This document shows, piece after piece, positions 25,931 through 35,968 of a stretch of 64,000 nt of DNA; the first letter of the stretch is position 1, and every line of letters begins with the position of its first letter. The stretch is from an uncultured Pelagibacteraceae bacterium (GTDB lineage Bacteria; Pseudomonadota; Alphaproteobacteria; Pelagibacterales; Pelagibacteraceae). The notes under the pieces were generated by a model that ran no database searches, had not been told where the DNA came from, and saw nothing but the letters and a program-made list of their open reading frames with translations. A program made the position numbers and the translations under genes. The stretch covers positions 3,339 to 67,338 of the forward strand of contig CACGLD010000002.1 of NCBI GenBank assembly GCA_902573755.1, in the 5' to 3' direction.

Positions 25931-27193
25931 TTATTCTATCTTGCTTTCTTTTTTCCTCGCGGTTGCTAAATTGGGTGAACCACCAAGAACTGGTTCAGTT
26001 ATGCTCAAAGGTACCGGTAAAGTTTTTTCTTTAAATCCTAAAACAGGAAGAATAACTAAAAAATGTAAAAAGTAATATGCCGTAGCAACTCTTGCTATTA
26101 ACAAATAAAGTCCTTCAGCTGGCATTGCGCCTACATAACCAAGAATTAGAACATCAGCAACTAGTATCCAGTAAAACTGTTTATACAAAGGTCTGAATAC
26201 TGCAGATCTAATTTTCGAAGTATCTAACCAAGGTAAGACAGCTAAAATTAATATTGCAGATAGCATAGCCACAACACCTAGCAACTTGTCTGGAACAGAT
26301 CTTAAAATTGCATAGAAAGGCAATAGATACCATTCAGGTACAATATGTGCAGGAGTTACCATTGGGTTTGCTTCAATATAATTATCAGCGTGACCTAGTA
26401 TATTTGGTGAATAAAAAACAAAGAATGCAAAAACAATCATAAACATTAATAAGGCGAAACCATCTTTGATTACGATATAAGGATGGAAAGGCACAGTGTC
26501 TTTTGATGGTTTTTTGATGTCTATTCCAACTGGATTATTATTTCCAGGAACATGTAAAGCCCAAATATGTAAAACAACTAATCCTAAAATTAAAAATGGA
26601 ATTAGATAATGCAATGTAAAAAATCTTGTTAAAGTTGGATTATCTACTGAGTACCCACCCCATAACCAAGTAACAATACCCTCTCCCACTAATGGAATGG
26701 CACTAAATAAATTTGTTATTACAGTTGCTCCCCAGAAGCTCATTTGCCCCCAAGGCAATACATAGCCCATGAATGCAGCTGCCATCATTAGTAAGTAAAT
26801 AATTATTCCAATTATCCAAATTATTTCTCTTGGTGCTTTGTAAGAACCATAAAATAATGATCTGAATATATGAATGTAGACCGCCAAGAAAAACATAGAT
26901 GCTCCATTTGCATGAATGTATCTAATTAACCAACCATAGTTAACATCACGCATGATGTGTTCAACACTTTCAAAAGCCATATCTGCGTGAGCAATGTAAT
27001 GCATTGCAAGAGTTAATCCGGTTATAATTTGTGTGATTAAGCAAAAAGTTAAAATTCCACCAAATGTCCACCAATAGTTTAAATTTTTAGGTGTCGGATA
27101 ATCTGTTAAATGATTTGCTAGAGTTAAAAGTGGTAATCGATCATTAAACCATTGTCCTACTTTTGATTTTGGTCTGTAATCGTGGTTGCTCAT
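25931..27193 (-). CDS. petB: Cytochrome b
   Basis: [22 protein letters not shown]. Confidence 0.98.
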   Translation of the reverse strand: MSNHDYRPKSKVGQWFNDRLPLLTLANHLTDYPTPKNLNYWWTFGGILTFCLITQIITGLTLAMHYIAHADMAFESVEHIMRDVNYGWLIRYIHANGASMFFLAVYIHIFRSLFYGSYKAPREIIWIIGIIIYLLMMAAAFMGYVLPWGQMSFWGATVITNLFSAIPLVGEGIVTWLWGGYSVDNPTLTRFFTLHYLIPFLILGLVVLHIWALHVPGNNNPVGIDIKKPSKDTVPFHPYIVIKDGFALLMFMIVFAFFVFYSPNILGHADNYIEANPMVTPAHIVPEWYLLPFYAILRSVPDKLLGVVAMLSAILILAVLPWLDTSKIRSAVFRPLYKQFYWILVADVLILGYVGAMPAEGLYLLIARVATAYYFLHFLVILPVLGFKEKTLPVPLSITEPVLGGSPNLATARKKESKIE

Positions 27194-27204
27194 TAGTTTT
27201 TAGT

Positions 27205-27714
27205 TTATCCAATCTTAATTGTATTAGCGTTAACGAATTCGTATTTAGGTACTTCCATATTTAACGGAGCTGGTCCTTTTCTTATTCTTCCAGATGTATC
27301 ATAGTGAGATCCATGACATGGACAGAACCATCCATTGTAATCGCCTTTGTCATTTAAAGGTACACATCCTAAATGTGTACAAACCCCTAACATTACAAGC
27401 CACTCAGGGTTTTTAGCTCTATCCTCATCTTTCTCAGGATGAATTAAATCCTCCATCTTTACTTTTCTTGCTTCATCAATTTCTTCTTGAGTTCTTCTTC
27501 TTATAAAAACAGGTTTACCTCTCCACAAAACAGTTAATGTATTTCCTGGTGTTAATGCACTTACATCAACTTCTGTGCTAGCTAATGCTTTAACGGAAGC
27601 ATCTGGATTCATTTGATCTATCATTGGCCACACCACTGCAGCGGCACCAACAGCTCCTACCGCTGTGGTAGCTGTAAATAAAAAATCTCTTCTTTTTGTT
27701 TTTTTTTCAGACAC
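27205..27714 (-). CDS. petA: Ubiquinol-cytochrome c reductase Rieske iron-sulfur subunit
   Basis: Tat motif RRDFL, CTHLGC and CPCHGS. Confidence 0.98.
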   Translation of the reverse strand: MSEKKTKRRDFLFTATTAVGAVGAAAVVWPMIDQMNPDASVKALASTEVDVSALTPGNTLTVLWRGKPVFIRRRTQEEIDEARKVKMEDLIHPEKDEDRAKNPEWLVMLGVCTHLGCVPLNDKGDYNGWFCPCHGSHYDTSGRIRKGPAPLNMEVPKYEFVNANTIKIG

Positions 27715-27806
27715 TTTTAGTAGCTTTTATTATTATCTCTTTTTGATTTAAAATAGTTAATATACGAATTCATATAATATAAAATAATTATTTTACTACT
27801 GAAAGA

Positions 27807-28280
27807 ATGACACAGAATTCAACAATTTTAGGACCCAAAATAGCTTTGTATGAGCCTGATATACCTCAGAATACTGCTGCAATCATAAGAACCTGTGCTT
27901 GTTTGGGTGCTAAATTAGAAATAATTGAACCATGTGGCTTTCTATTATCAGACAAACGTTTTAAAAGAGTTGTTATGGACTATATGGACTACAGTCAAAT
28001 AGAGTTTTATCAAAGTTCAGATAAATTTTTTGAGGCAAAGAAAAAACAGAGAATCGTATTGATGACAACTAAGGGTTCAATAAATTATACTAAATTTAAA
28101 TTTAAGCCTGATGATACTATTTTGTTTGGCAGAGAAAGTGCTGGAGTACCCGAAAAGGTTCATAAAATTATTAAAAATCGTTTAAAAATACCAATGAATA
28201 ATCAAGTAAGATCTCTTAATATTGCATCCTCTGTTGCCATTGTTTTGGCAGAAAGTTTGCGTCAAATTGAATTAATATAA
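27807..28280 (+). CDS. trmL: tRNA (cytidine/uridine-34 2'-O)-methyltransferase
   Basis: SPOUT motifs PDIPQN, FGRESAG, RSLN. Confidence 0.9.
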   Translation: MTQNSTILGPKIALYEPDIPQNTAAIIRTCACLGAKLEIIEPCGFLLSDKRFKRVVMDYMDYSQIEFYQSSDKFFEAKKKQRIVLMTTKGSINYTKFKFKPDDTILFGRESAGVPEKVHKIIKNRLKIPMNNQVRSLNIASSVAIVLAESLRQIELI

Positions 28281-28281
28281 A

Positions 28282-29109
28282 ATGGATATTTCAATTAAAA
28301 AAGACTTAGCAAGTAATTGGTTTAAGCTGTTACAAAATGCAATATGTGACGACATTTTAAAAATTGAAAAAAACAAAGTAAATTTTCAATCAACTTCTTG
28401 GAATAGAAGCAGTAAAAAAGATGAGGGTGGTGGTGAATATAGAATTCTTAAAAATGGAAAAATTTTTGAAAAAGTAGGAGTAAATTTTTCAAAAGTTTAT
28501 GGAAAATTTCCCAAGCAATTTCAAAAGAATATACCGGGCGCAAGTAAAGATCCTAGATTTTGGGCATCAGGAATATCAATAGTTATGCACATGCAAAATC
28601 CCCATATTCCTGCAATGCATTTTAATACCAGATTTATTTGCACAACAAAGAATTGGTTTGGTGGAGGTATGGATGTAACCCCGGCAATAAAAGATGAAAA
28701 AGAGAAGAAAAACTTTCATAAAATATTAAAAGCAATGTGCGATAGACATAATAAAAATTATTATAAAAAGTATAAAAAATGGTGTGATGAATATTTTTAT
28801 CTACCTCACAGAAAAGAAGCAAGAGGTATAGGTGGAATCTTTTTTGACTATAAAAATGATAATTTTGAAAATGACTTTAAATTTGTCAGAGATGTTGGTG
28901 TTACATTTCAAATGTTATTTAATGAAATAATTAAAAAAAAATTAAAAAGAAAATGGACTTTAAAAGATAAAGAGTTTCAGTATATTAAAAGAGGTCGATA
29001 CGCAGAATTTAATCTGCTCTATGATAGAGGAACAAAATTTGGACTACAAACTGGTGGTAATGTTGAAGGAATTTTGATGTCATTACCTCCGATTGCAAAA
29101 TGGAAATAA
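28282..29109 (+). CDS. hemF: Oxygen-dependent coproporphyrinogen III oxidase
   Basis: FEKVGVN, HFNTR, WFGGG, RGIGGIFFD, RGRYAEFNLLYDRGT. Confidence 0.96.
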   Translation: MDISIKKDLASNWFKLLQNAICDDILKIEKNKVNFQSTSWNRSSKKDEGGGEYRILKNGKIFEKVGVNFSKVYGKFPKQFQKNIPGASKDPRFWASGISIVMHMQNPHIPAMHFNTRFICTTKNWFGGGMDVTPAIKDEKEKKNFHKILKAMCDRHNKNYYKKYKKWCDEYFYLPHRKEARGIGGIFFDYKNDNFENDFKFVRDVGVTFQMLFNEIIKKKLKRKWTLKDKEFQYIKRGRYAEFNLLYDRGTKFGLQTGGNVEGILMSLPPIAKWK

Positions 29110-29112
29110 AAA

Positions 29113-29589
29113 ATGGATAAAGAACCAATAACATTAAACGGATTAAATAAACTCAAAGAAGAATTAGTTTTTTTAAAAGAAAAAAAAAGACCTGAGATAG
29201 TAGCTGCAATTGCTGAAGCGAGATCCCATGGAGACCTTAAAGAAAATGCTGAATATCACGCAGCTAAAGAAGAACAATCTCATAACGAAGGAAGAATTAC
29301 AGAAATTAACGATATTATTGCAAGAGCAAATGTTATTGATGTTACAAAACTAAACAATGAAGGAAAAGTAATTTTTGGATCTACAGTTTATTTAGAGGAT
29401 TTAGATACTGGTGAAAAAATTAATTATAAAATTGTTGGAAGAGATGAGGCAGATTTAAAACAAAAACTGATTTTCTTTCAATCACCAATTGGTAAAGGCT
29501 TGATTGGAAAAAATAAAAGTGATTTAGTTGAAATAAATACACCCTCCGGTGTAAAAAATTTTGAAATTAAAGACGTTAAATATATTTAA
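29113..29589 (+). CDS. greA: Transcription elongation factor GreA
   Basis: [19 protein letters not shown]. Confidence 0.96.
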   Translation: MDKEPITLNGLNKLKEELVFLKEKKRPEIVAAIAEARSHGDLKENAEYHAAKEEQSHNEGRITEINDIIARANVIDVTKLNNEGKVIFGSTVYLEDLDTGEKINYKIVGRDEADLKQKLIFFQSPIGKGLIGKNKSDLVEINTPSGVKNFEIKDVKYI

Positions 29590-30860
29590 CTTTTAACTAT
29601 TTGCTGTACTTGCTTATCTGAAATTTGAAATCCATTTTGAACCCAAGTTTCTTCTATTTTTTTTAATTTATTACCTAAAGTTTTACCCTCAAGAATTTGA
29701 AATTTAGACATTAGTAGATCAGCCCCTATTGGCAAAGTTGGAATAGTTTTCTCTTTATAATTATCTAATAGTTTAATTAGTTTTTTTTCTACTTTGTTTG
29801 AGTTAAAAATTTTAAAATTAATTATATCTATTACAGCCTGTCGCCCATTAAAATAAAAAAGTTTATTCAAATTTTTCTCTGTAAAGCTGTTTAGAGTTAC
29901 TTTTTCTCTATAAAAAAGATCTATCAATTTTAATCTTTTCTTATCTTTGTTAGATATTTTAAATTTATAAAGAAAATAATCAGCATTATCAGTCCCATCA
30001 ATCACTAAAAGCGCAATCAAGAATATAAAGTCAATTTTTAAAAAATTCTCTGCAGCATAAGAATTTTGTTTTTTAAAATTTTTAACATTCTTTAATTGAG
30101 GGAAAATTATTTCTACGAGTTCTAAACTTTCTTTATCTTTAAAGAGTTTTAAAAATCCATTTGAACTAGTTATTTTTTTTAGTTCATCAATTAATCTTTC
30201 AGATGATATATTTGAAATTCCATCAATATTTTTTTTTATATTTTTTATTATTTCTGGCTGGTGCTTATGATTTGAGTAATTTAAATAAAATCTTAAATAT
30301 CTCAAAATACGTAAATAATCCTCTTGAATTCTTTTTTCCGCATTGCCAATAAAATTAATATACCCATCCTCCAAATCTTTTTTACCGTTAAATGGATCAA
30401 ATAAATTACCATCGCCATCTGCATAAATTGAATTGATAGTAAAATCCCTTCTAGAGGCATCTTCCTTCCAATCTAAAGAGAATTCTACTTCAGCATGCCT
30501 TCCATCAGTTGAGACGTCTTTCCTTAAAGAAGTAATTTCGTATTTATATTCGTCAATTGTTGCAGTTATAGTTCCGTGTTCAATTCCTGTTTCGTAAAAA
30601 CTTATTTGTTTGTTTTTAAGAGCCTCACAAACTTCCAAAGGCGTTAAATTTGTTGCTAGGTCAATATCATCAACATTTTCTTTTTTTATCACTTTTCTTA
30701 CACACCCACCCACGTATCTGATTTCACTTTTCTCTGAAAAATTATTAATTGCTTCAAAAATTTTATTTGCGGGTGTTGTTAAAGTAATTTGTTTTAAATT
30801 TTGACTGATATAATCAAGATTTTTTGATCGGGAAAAAAATTTATCTAAAAAATTTTTCAT
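29586..30860 (-). CDS. cca: CCA tRNA nucleotidyltransferase (class II)
   Basis: [42 protein letters not shown]. Confidence 0.9.
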   Translation of the reverse strand: MKNFLDKFFSRSKNLDYISQNLKQITLTTPANKIFEAINNFSEKSEIRYVGGCVRKVIKKENVDDIDLATNLTPLEVCEALKNKQISFYETGIEHGTITATIDEYKYEITSLRKDVSTDGRHAEVEFSLDWKEDASRRDFTINSIYADGDGNLFDPFNGKKDLEDGYINFIGNAEKRIQEDYLRILRYLRFYLNYSNHKHQPEIIKNIKKNIDGISNISSERLIDELKKITSSNGFLKLFKDKESLELVEIIFPQLKNVKNFKKQNSYAAENFLKIDFIFLIALLVIDGTDNADYFLYKFKISNKDKKRLKLIDLFYREKVTLNSFTEKNLNKLFYFNGRQAVIDIINFKIFNSNKVEKKLIKLLDNYKEKTIPTLPIGADLLMSKFQILEGKTLGNKLKKIEETWVQNGFQISDKQVQQIVKS

Positions 30861-30863
30861 AAA

Positions 30864-30937
30864 TGGCTGGGGCGCTAGGATTCGAACCTAGGATGCAGGT
30901 ACCAAAAACCCGTGCCTTACCGCTTGGCTACGCCCCA
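30864..30937 (-). tRNA. tRNA-Gln (anticodon UUG) with encoded CCA
   Basis: Minus strand folds as a cloverleaf: TGGGGCG-TA-GCCAAGCGGTAAGGC-A-CGGGT-TTTTGGT-ACCTG-CATC-CTAGG-TTCGAAT-CCTAG-CGCCCCA-GCCA. Confidence 0.97.
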
Positions 30938-30970
30938 ATACTAGCTTCCTATAACATAAAAATATAAAAT

Positions 30971-31816
30971 TCATATAGTTTTTGCTGTAACACACCAATA
31001 ATTTTTATATTTTCTTTTAAATTTAGCTTTTGCCAATTTACAACTCTTTAATGAATTATAATAGGCAACAATTGTTGATCCTGAACCAGTCATTCTTACA
31101 AATAATGGATTATTTATACTTTCTAAGAACAGCTTTATTTTTTTAAGTTTTGGATATTTTTTGAGTGCTATTGTTTCAAGGGCATTTTGTTGATCAATCA
31201 AATATTTTGCCCCAAACATATTTTTTTTAGGTTTGTTATATTTTGATTTTGTATACTTTTGAACAGCTGAGTATATTTTTTTAGTTGAACAACCAAAATC
31301 AGGTTTTACCAAAGTAGTGTAATATTTGGGAGCATTATAAATCTTTTTTAATCTACCATCTGATGACAACACACAGTTGGATGAAATGGTTCCTAGAATA
31401 ACATCGGAACCAACGAAGTCACAGATACTTCGAATTTTTTGATGATTAGGATTAATAATTTTTTTTTTAACCAGATAATTAAACACACTAGCCGCATTCA
31501 TCGATCCCCCGGCCAACCCAGCTTCTTGAGGAATTAATTTTTTAATTTTAACTTTGAATTTTTTATTTTTTAATAAATTTTCTTTATCTAATATTTGAAA
31601 TAATTTTTGAACAGTGTTTTTTTTTCCTATATTTTTAGAAAACTTTCCATAAAAAGAAATATGATGTTTTTTTCCATTATGTTGATTTATCGAAATAACA
31701 TCATGTAAATCTATGAAACCAATTATACTTTCAATTTTATGTAAAACCTTTTTTTTTCCAGTGATATTTAGTGCTAAATTTAACTTTGCATTAGATTTAA
31801 TTTTATTAATTTTCAT
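30971..31816 (-). CDS. ispE: 4-diphosphocytidyl-2-C-methyl-D-erythritol kinase
   Basis: AKLNLAL, GHMP motif IPQEAGLAGGS, GSDV, RMTGSGS. Confidence 0.92.
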   Translation of the reverse strand: MKINKIKSNAKLNLALNITGKKKVLHKIESIIGFIDLHDVISINQHNGKKHHISFYGKFSKNIGKKNTVQKLFQILDKENLLKNKKFKVKIKKLIPQEAGLAGGSMNAASVFNYLVKKKIINPNHQKIRSICDFVGSDVILGTISSNCVLSSDGRLKKIYNAPKYYTTLVKPDFGCSTKKIYSAVQKYTKSKYNKPKKNMFGAKYLIDQQNALETIALKKYPKLKKIKLFLESINNPLFVRMTGSGSTIVAYYNSLKSCKLAKAKFKRKYKNYWCVTAKTI

Positions 31817-33502
31817 TTAGGAATTTTTAAGACCCTCAATTACTTTAATATTGATTTTTTCCCTCATATCGTCTTCGGTGTCATCAAAAGTTAATACGTT
31901 TTTCCAAAAATATCTTGCTTGAATTTTTCGATTTAATTTCCATAAAATGTCTCCATAATGATCATTCACGATTGGGTCGTCTGGCATTAATTCTACGGCT
32001 CTTTTTAAATACTTTTCTGCTTCTACATAGTCCTCTATTAAAAAATAAGCCCATCCAATTGAATCAATAATATATGGATCATTGCTTTTTAAATCATATG
32101 CTGTTTTCAACATATCCATTGCTTCATTAATTTTATAATCACGCTCTAACCAAGAGTAAGCAAGGTAATTTAAAATATATGCATCACTAGGATCAATTTT
32201 AAGCGCATGCAGTAAATCTTTATCTGACTTTTCATAATTGCCCATTCTTTCATAACTACCACCTCTACGATACAATACATCTGATTTAATAAGTGAATTG
32301 TCATCTAGTGTTAAAATGATTTCCGTATAACGATCTATTGCCTTTTCATAATTTTTAGAATTTTTATGAAAATTGGCTAAATCAAAAATCATTTTTATAT
32401 TGGGATTTTCAATTTTATTAAATTTTGAATCTATATATTTAATTCCGTTTTCATAATCCTGCTCTTGAATTATTATTTGAGCTTCTTTTTTTAATCTAAA
32501 CCAATAATAAAATTCATCTTCTTTTTTAAAGTTTTTTAAGATCTTTTTTACTTTGTCAAATTCATCATTAAGATAAAAATTTTCTGCAACCAATGACAAA
32601 TTAAATTCAAACTTAGGATTTAAATAGTTTGACAAATTTAAGTAAAAATTTGATTTCTCAAAATTATCCTGAGAAGAATAAAGATTAGAGATCAAAAATA
32701 AAAACTCACTTACAAGATCATTATGATCTTTGCATGAAAAAATTTTTCCAAAATCATCGAATTTTTCTTTGTCTACCCAACTTTTGCTTTGTGAAAGTAA
32801 AAGTGTTGAATTTATATAATCAATTTGTTCAACAACTAATCTTGCTTCATTTAATTTATTGTTATCAATTAAATGATTAAGATAAAAGAAAATGTATCTT
32901 GAATAATCACCTTGTTGATTATTTATTAAATTAAGAAAAAATGACGAAGTTCTTTTATCTTCAATATAACATCTTTGGAATGTCTCGGCTATAAGAGACA
33001 AGTTTCCAAAATTTTTTTTGTTATCTAATATTTTTTTATTTTTAAATGTATAAATGTACTGTTTTAGAGTTTCAAATATAACTAGGTTTATTCTATCTTC
33101 ATCTTGAAATTTTAAACTTTGTGTTAAATATTCGTCAGCCTTTTTAAAGTTATTTTTTTTTAAACTGTCAATTATTAAAATTATATACGCATCATAAAAA
33201 TCTGAATTAGATTTGTTTCCATTGTTATTTAATACATTAATTGCTTGAGGTACTTTGTTATCTAAAACTAAAGAGTTAACATATCTTTTTAAATAACTGT
33301 CATGTTTGTTAATTAATACTTTGGTTAAGTTAAAAAATTTTAAAGCTTCAGAATTATCTCGATTTTCAAATGCAACAATTCCAGAAAAATAATTTGACAA
33401 ATCTCTTGAGTTGAAATCATTAAAAGTAGCACTTTTAGAATACAAAGGTGTCTGATAAGATATAAATATTAATAGTACTAATTTTAGAAATTTTAGGAAC
33501 AT
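31817..33502 (-). CDS. Tetratricopeptide-repeat protein, probably exported
   Basis: N-terminal signal-like segment; TPRs with LNYLAYSW, IIDSIGW, DHYGD; conserved position upstream of ispE. Confidence 0.85.
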   Translation of the reverse strand: MFLKFLKLVLLIFISYQTPLYSKSATFNDFNSRDLSNYFSGIVAFENRDNSEALKFFNLTKVLINKHDSYLKRYVNSLVLDNKVPQAINVLNNNGNKSNSDFYDAYIILIIDSLKKNNFKKADEYLTQSLKFQDEDRINLVIFETLKQYIYTFKNKKILDNKKNFGNLSLIAETFQRCYIEDKRTSSFFLNLINNQQGDYSRYIFFYLNHLIDNNKLNEARLVVEQIDYINSTLLLSQSKSWVDKEKFDDFGKIFSCKDHNDLVSEFLFLISNLYSSQDNFEKSNFYLNLSNYLNPKFEFNLSLVAENFYLNDEFDKVKKILKNFKKEDEFYYWFRLKKEAQIIIQEQDYENGIKYIDSKFNKIENPNIKMIFDLANFHKNSKNYEKAIDRYTEIILTLDDNSLIKSDVLYRRGGSYERMGNYEKSDKDLLHALKIDPSDAYILNYLAYSWLERDYKINEAMDMLKTAYDLKSNDPYIIDSIGWAYFLIEDYVEAEKYLKRAVELMPDDPIVNDHYGDILWKLNRKIQARYFWKNVLTFDDTEDDMREKINIKVIEGLKNS

Positions 33503-33513
33503 GTGACCATACT

Positions 33514-34233
33514 ATGACTAAAAAAGTAATAAATCAAAATACCAAATTAAACCAAGAACTAATTAATACTATTGAGCCAAAATTTATATTCGCTGATAAG
33601 CCAATAAATAGATTTAATATTTTAGAAACGAAAAATGGCACTCTGCAAATTAATAAAGAAAAATTACTAAAAAATTTAAAAGATCAAATAAATTCAATTG
33701 AAAATTGTAAATTGAAAGAAAATTCAAACAAAATTATTTTAGGTGAGGGAAATATAAATAGCCCTTTAATGTTAATTGGAGAGGCTCCTGGGGCTGAAGA
33801 AGAAAAGTTGGGTGTCCCATTTGGAGGTGAAGTTGGCGAACTTCTTAACAAAATGCTTATAGCCATCAATATTAAGAGGCAAAATATTTATACAAGTTAT
33901 GCAATCAATTTTAGACCACCTGATGATAGAAAACCAACCTCAACCGAGATTAAAAGGTACTCAGTATTTTTGAAAGAGCATATATCAATTATAAACCCAA
34001 AGATTATCGTTTTAATGGGTAGTTCAGCAATGGAGTCTATAACAGGAATAAGCGAAAAAATAACTGCTGAAAGAGGACATTGGAAGGAAGTGATTTTAAA
34101 AAACAAAACATTCCCTTTAATGATAACTTTTAATCCATCTTATCTAATCCGCTTTCCAGAAAATAAAAAATACTCATGGGAAGATTTAAAGAAAATTAGA
34201 GACAAGATTAAAGACCTGAAGTTAAAAATTTGA
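33514..34233 (+). CDS. Uracil-DNA glycosylase family-4-like protein, divergent
   Basis: GEAPG motif A, GVPFGG, RPP..RKP; motif B reads NPS rather than HPS. Confidence 0.75.
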   Translation: MTKKVINQNTKLNQELINTIEPKFIFADKPINRFNILETKNGTLQINKEKLLKNLKDQINSIENCKLKENSNKIILGEGNINSPLMLIGEAPGAEEEKLGVPFGGEVGELLNKMLIAINIKRQNIYTSYAINFRPPDDRKPTSTEIKRYSVFLKEHISIINPKIIVLMGSSAMESITGISEKITAERGHWKEVILKNKTFPLMITFNPSYLIRFPENKKYSWEDLKKIRDKIKDLKLKI

Positions 34234-34793
34234 TGAAGATAATTGCAGGGGTTGATGAAGTTGGTAGAGGAAGTTTAATTGGACCTGTGTATGCTTCAGC
34301 AGTAATTTTAAAAAAATCAATTAATCCAAAGTTATTAAAAGATTCAAAATCATTAAGTAAAAAAGAGAGAGAGCATCTATGTACATATATAAAAAAAAAT
34401 TCTACTTGGTCTATAGGCAAAGCTTCTGTCAAAGAAATAGAAAAGCTGAATATACTTCAAGCAAGTTTGCTGGCTATGAAAAGAGCTATCAAAAAACTTA
34501 AGAAAAAACCAACACACGTTCTGATAGATGGAAACAAAACTCCAGAATTAGAAAATTATAATTTAAAATCAGTTATTAAAGGAGATAAAAAAATCCCCTC
34601 TATTTCGGCAGCTTCTATAATTGCAAAAGTATCAAGAGATAAGTTTATAACCACCTTATCAAAAAAAAATAAAGGCTATGATTGGGATAAAAACTTTGGG
34701 TACGGAACAAAACAGCACTTAAAAGCTTTGAAAAAATTAGGTATTACTAAACATCATAGAAAAACTTTTTCACCTATATCTAAAATAAATTAA
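34233..34793 (+). CDS. rnhB: Ribonuclease HII
   Basis: GVDEVGRG, DSK, IDGN, KGD, SAASIIAKVSRD, GYGT. Confidence 0.96.
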   Translation: MKIIAGVDEVGRGSLIGPVYASAVILKKSINPKLLKDSKSLSKKEREHLCTYIKKNSTWSIGKASVKEIEKLNILQASLLAMKRAIKKLKKKPTHVLIDGNKTPELENYNLKSVIKGDKKIPSISAASIIAKVSRDKFITTLSKKNKGYDWDKNFGYGTKQHLKALKKLGITKHHRKTFSPISKIN

Positions 34794-34808
34794 CACTACA
34801 TCTAGTTA
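34793..34808. promoter_or_regulatory. Candidate NrdR box upstream of ccrM
   Basis: ACACTACATCTAGTTA matches all core positions of the NrdR consensus acaCwAtATaTwGtgt; weaker copies start at 34771 and 34824. Confidence 0.5.
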
Positions 34809-34856
34809 CCTTCTAAATTAGAAACACTAATCGAATCCAAATTTTTCAATCTCAGG

Positions 34857-34885
34857 TTGACCGAAGAATCCATTTGAAGTCTAAT
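34857..34885 (+). promoter_or_regulatory. Candidate sigma70 promoter of ccrM with GAATC in the spacer
   Basis: TTGACC (34857-34862), 17-bp spacer containing GAATC (34866-34870), TCTAAT (34880-34885). Confidence 0.45.
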
Positions 34886-34897
34886 TAATTTTTACAA

Positions 34898-35968
34898 ATG
34901 AAAACCGATTTCAAAAATAAAATAATTAACGGAGATAGTCTCGAAGAATTAAAAAAAATTCCACGTGAAACTTTTGATTTAATTTTTGCTGATCCTCCTT
35001 ACAACTTACAATTAAAAAGCGAATTAACAAGACCGGATAGATCAAAGGTTAGTGCGGTAAATGATAAGTGGGATCAATTTGAAAATTTTAAAAAATATGA
35101 TGATTTCACTTATGAATGGCTTAGTGAATGCAAAAGAATTTTAAAAAAAGATGGAGCTATCTGGGTTATAGGAAGCTACCATAATATTTTTAGAGTTGGC
35201 ACAACAATCCAAAATTTAGGTTTCTGGATTTTAAACGATGTTATTTGGAATAAAAATAATCCAATGCCAAATTTTAGAGGAACACGTTTTACTAACGCTC
35301 ATGAAACTTTGATATGGGCCTCTAAAAGTGAAAAATCAAAATACACATTTAATTATCAATCTTTAAAATGTTTAAATGATGATCTTCAAATGAGATCTAA
35401 TTGGGATCTTCCAATATGCAATGGATCTGAAAGACTTAAAAAGGATGGAAAAAAAATTCACTCTACACAAAAACCAGAAGCACTTTTACATAGAATTTTA
35501 CTAGCTACATCTAATAAAAATGACCTCATACTTGATCCTTTTTTAGGATCAGGAACAACAGCTACCGTAGCAAAAAAACTAGGAAGAAATTATTTTGGAA
35601 TAGAAAAAGAAAAAAATTATTTTAAAGCTGCTGAGCAACGCATAAAAGCTACAAAGCCAATTGAGGACGATTTATTAGATACACTAAAAAACAATAGATC
35701 AAAACCAAGAATTCCTTTTGGTTCATTAGTTGAGCTTGGAATAATTAAACCTGGAACTAATATTTTTGATAATAAGAAAAAAATAACAGCCAAAATTATG
35801 GCTGATGGTAGTATAAAACATAATCAAGCAGAGGGTTCTATACACAAAGTTGCGGCAAATATTTTAGGAGCTGAAAGTTGCAACGGATGGACTTTTTGGC
35901 ACTGTGATATAAATGGACGAACTTATCCTATTGATTATCTTAGACAAAGATTAATTTCTAAAAATTAA
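34898..35968 (+). CDS. ccrM: Cell-cycle-regulated adenine DNA methyltransferase (CcrM type, beta class)
   Basis: FADPPYNLQL, NPMPNFRGTRFTNAHET, HSTQKPE, DPFLGSGT, C-terminal CNGWTFW; follows rnhB; no cognate endonuclease nearby. Confidence 0.93.
   Translation: MKTDFKNKIINGDSLEELKKIPRETFDLIFADPPYNLQLKSELTRPDRSKVSAVNDKWDQFENFKKYDDFTYEWLSECKRILKKDGAIWVIGSYHNIFRVGTTIQNLGFWILNDVIWNKNNPMPNFRGTRFTNAHETLIWASKSEKSKYTFNYQSLKCLNDDLQMRSNWDLPICNGSERLKKDGKKIHSTQKPEALLHRILLATSNKNDLILDPFLGSGTTATVAKKLGRNYFGIEKEKNYFKAAEQRIKATKPIEDDLLDTLKNNRSKPRIPFGSLVELGIIKPGTNIFDNKKKITAKIMADGSIKHNQAEGSIHKVAANILGAESCNGWTFWHCDINGRTYPIDYLRQRLISKN

Noticed and set aside
27715-27806. AT-only palindrome AAAATAATTATTTT between petA and trmL
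   Set aside because: Expected by chance at this base composition; no match to a regulator motif I recognise
30864-30970. tRNA-Gln as an integration site for an island
   Set aside because: No integrase, no duplicated tRNA 3' end seen, and both flanks are core genes
34898-35968. The methyltransferase as part of a restriction-modification or other defence system
   Set aside because: It has CcrM-specific motifs and the conserved rnhB-ccrM context, with no adjacent nuclease
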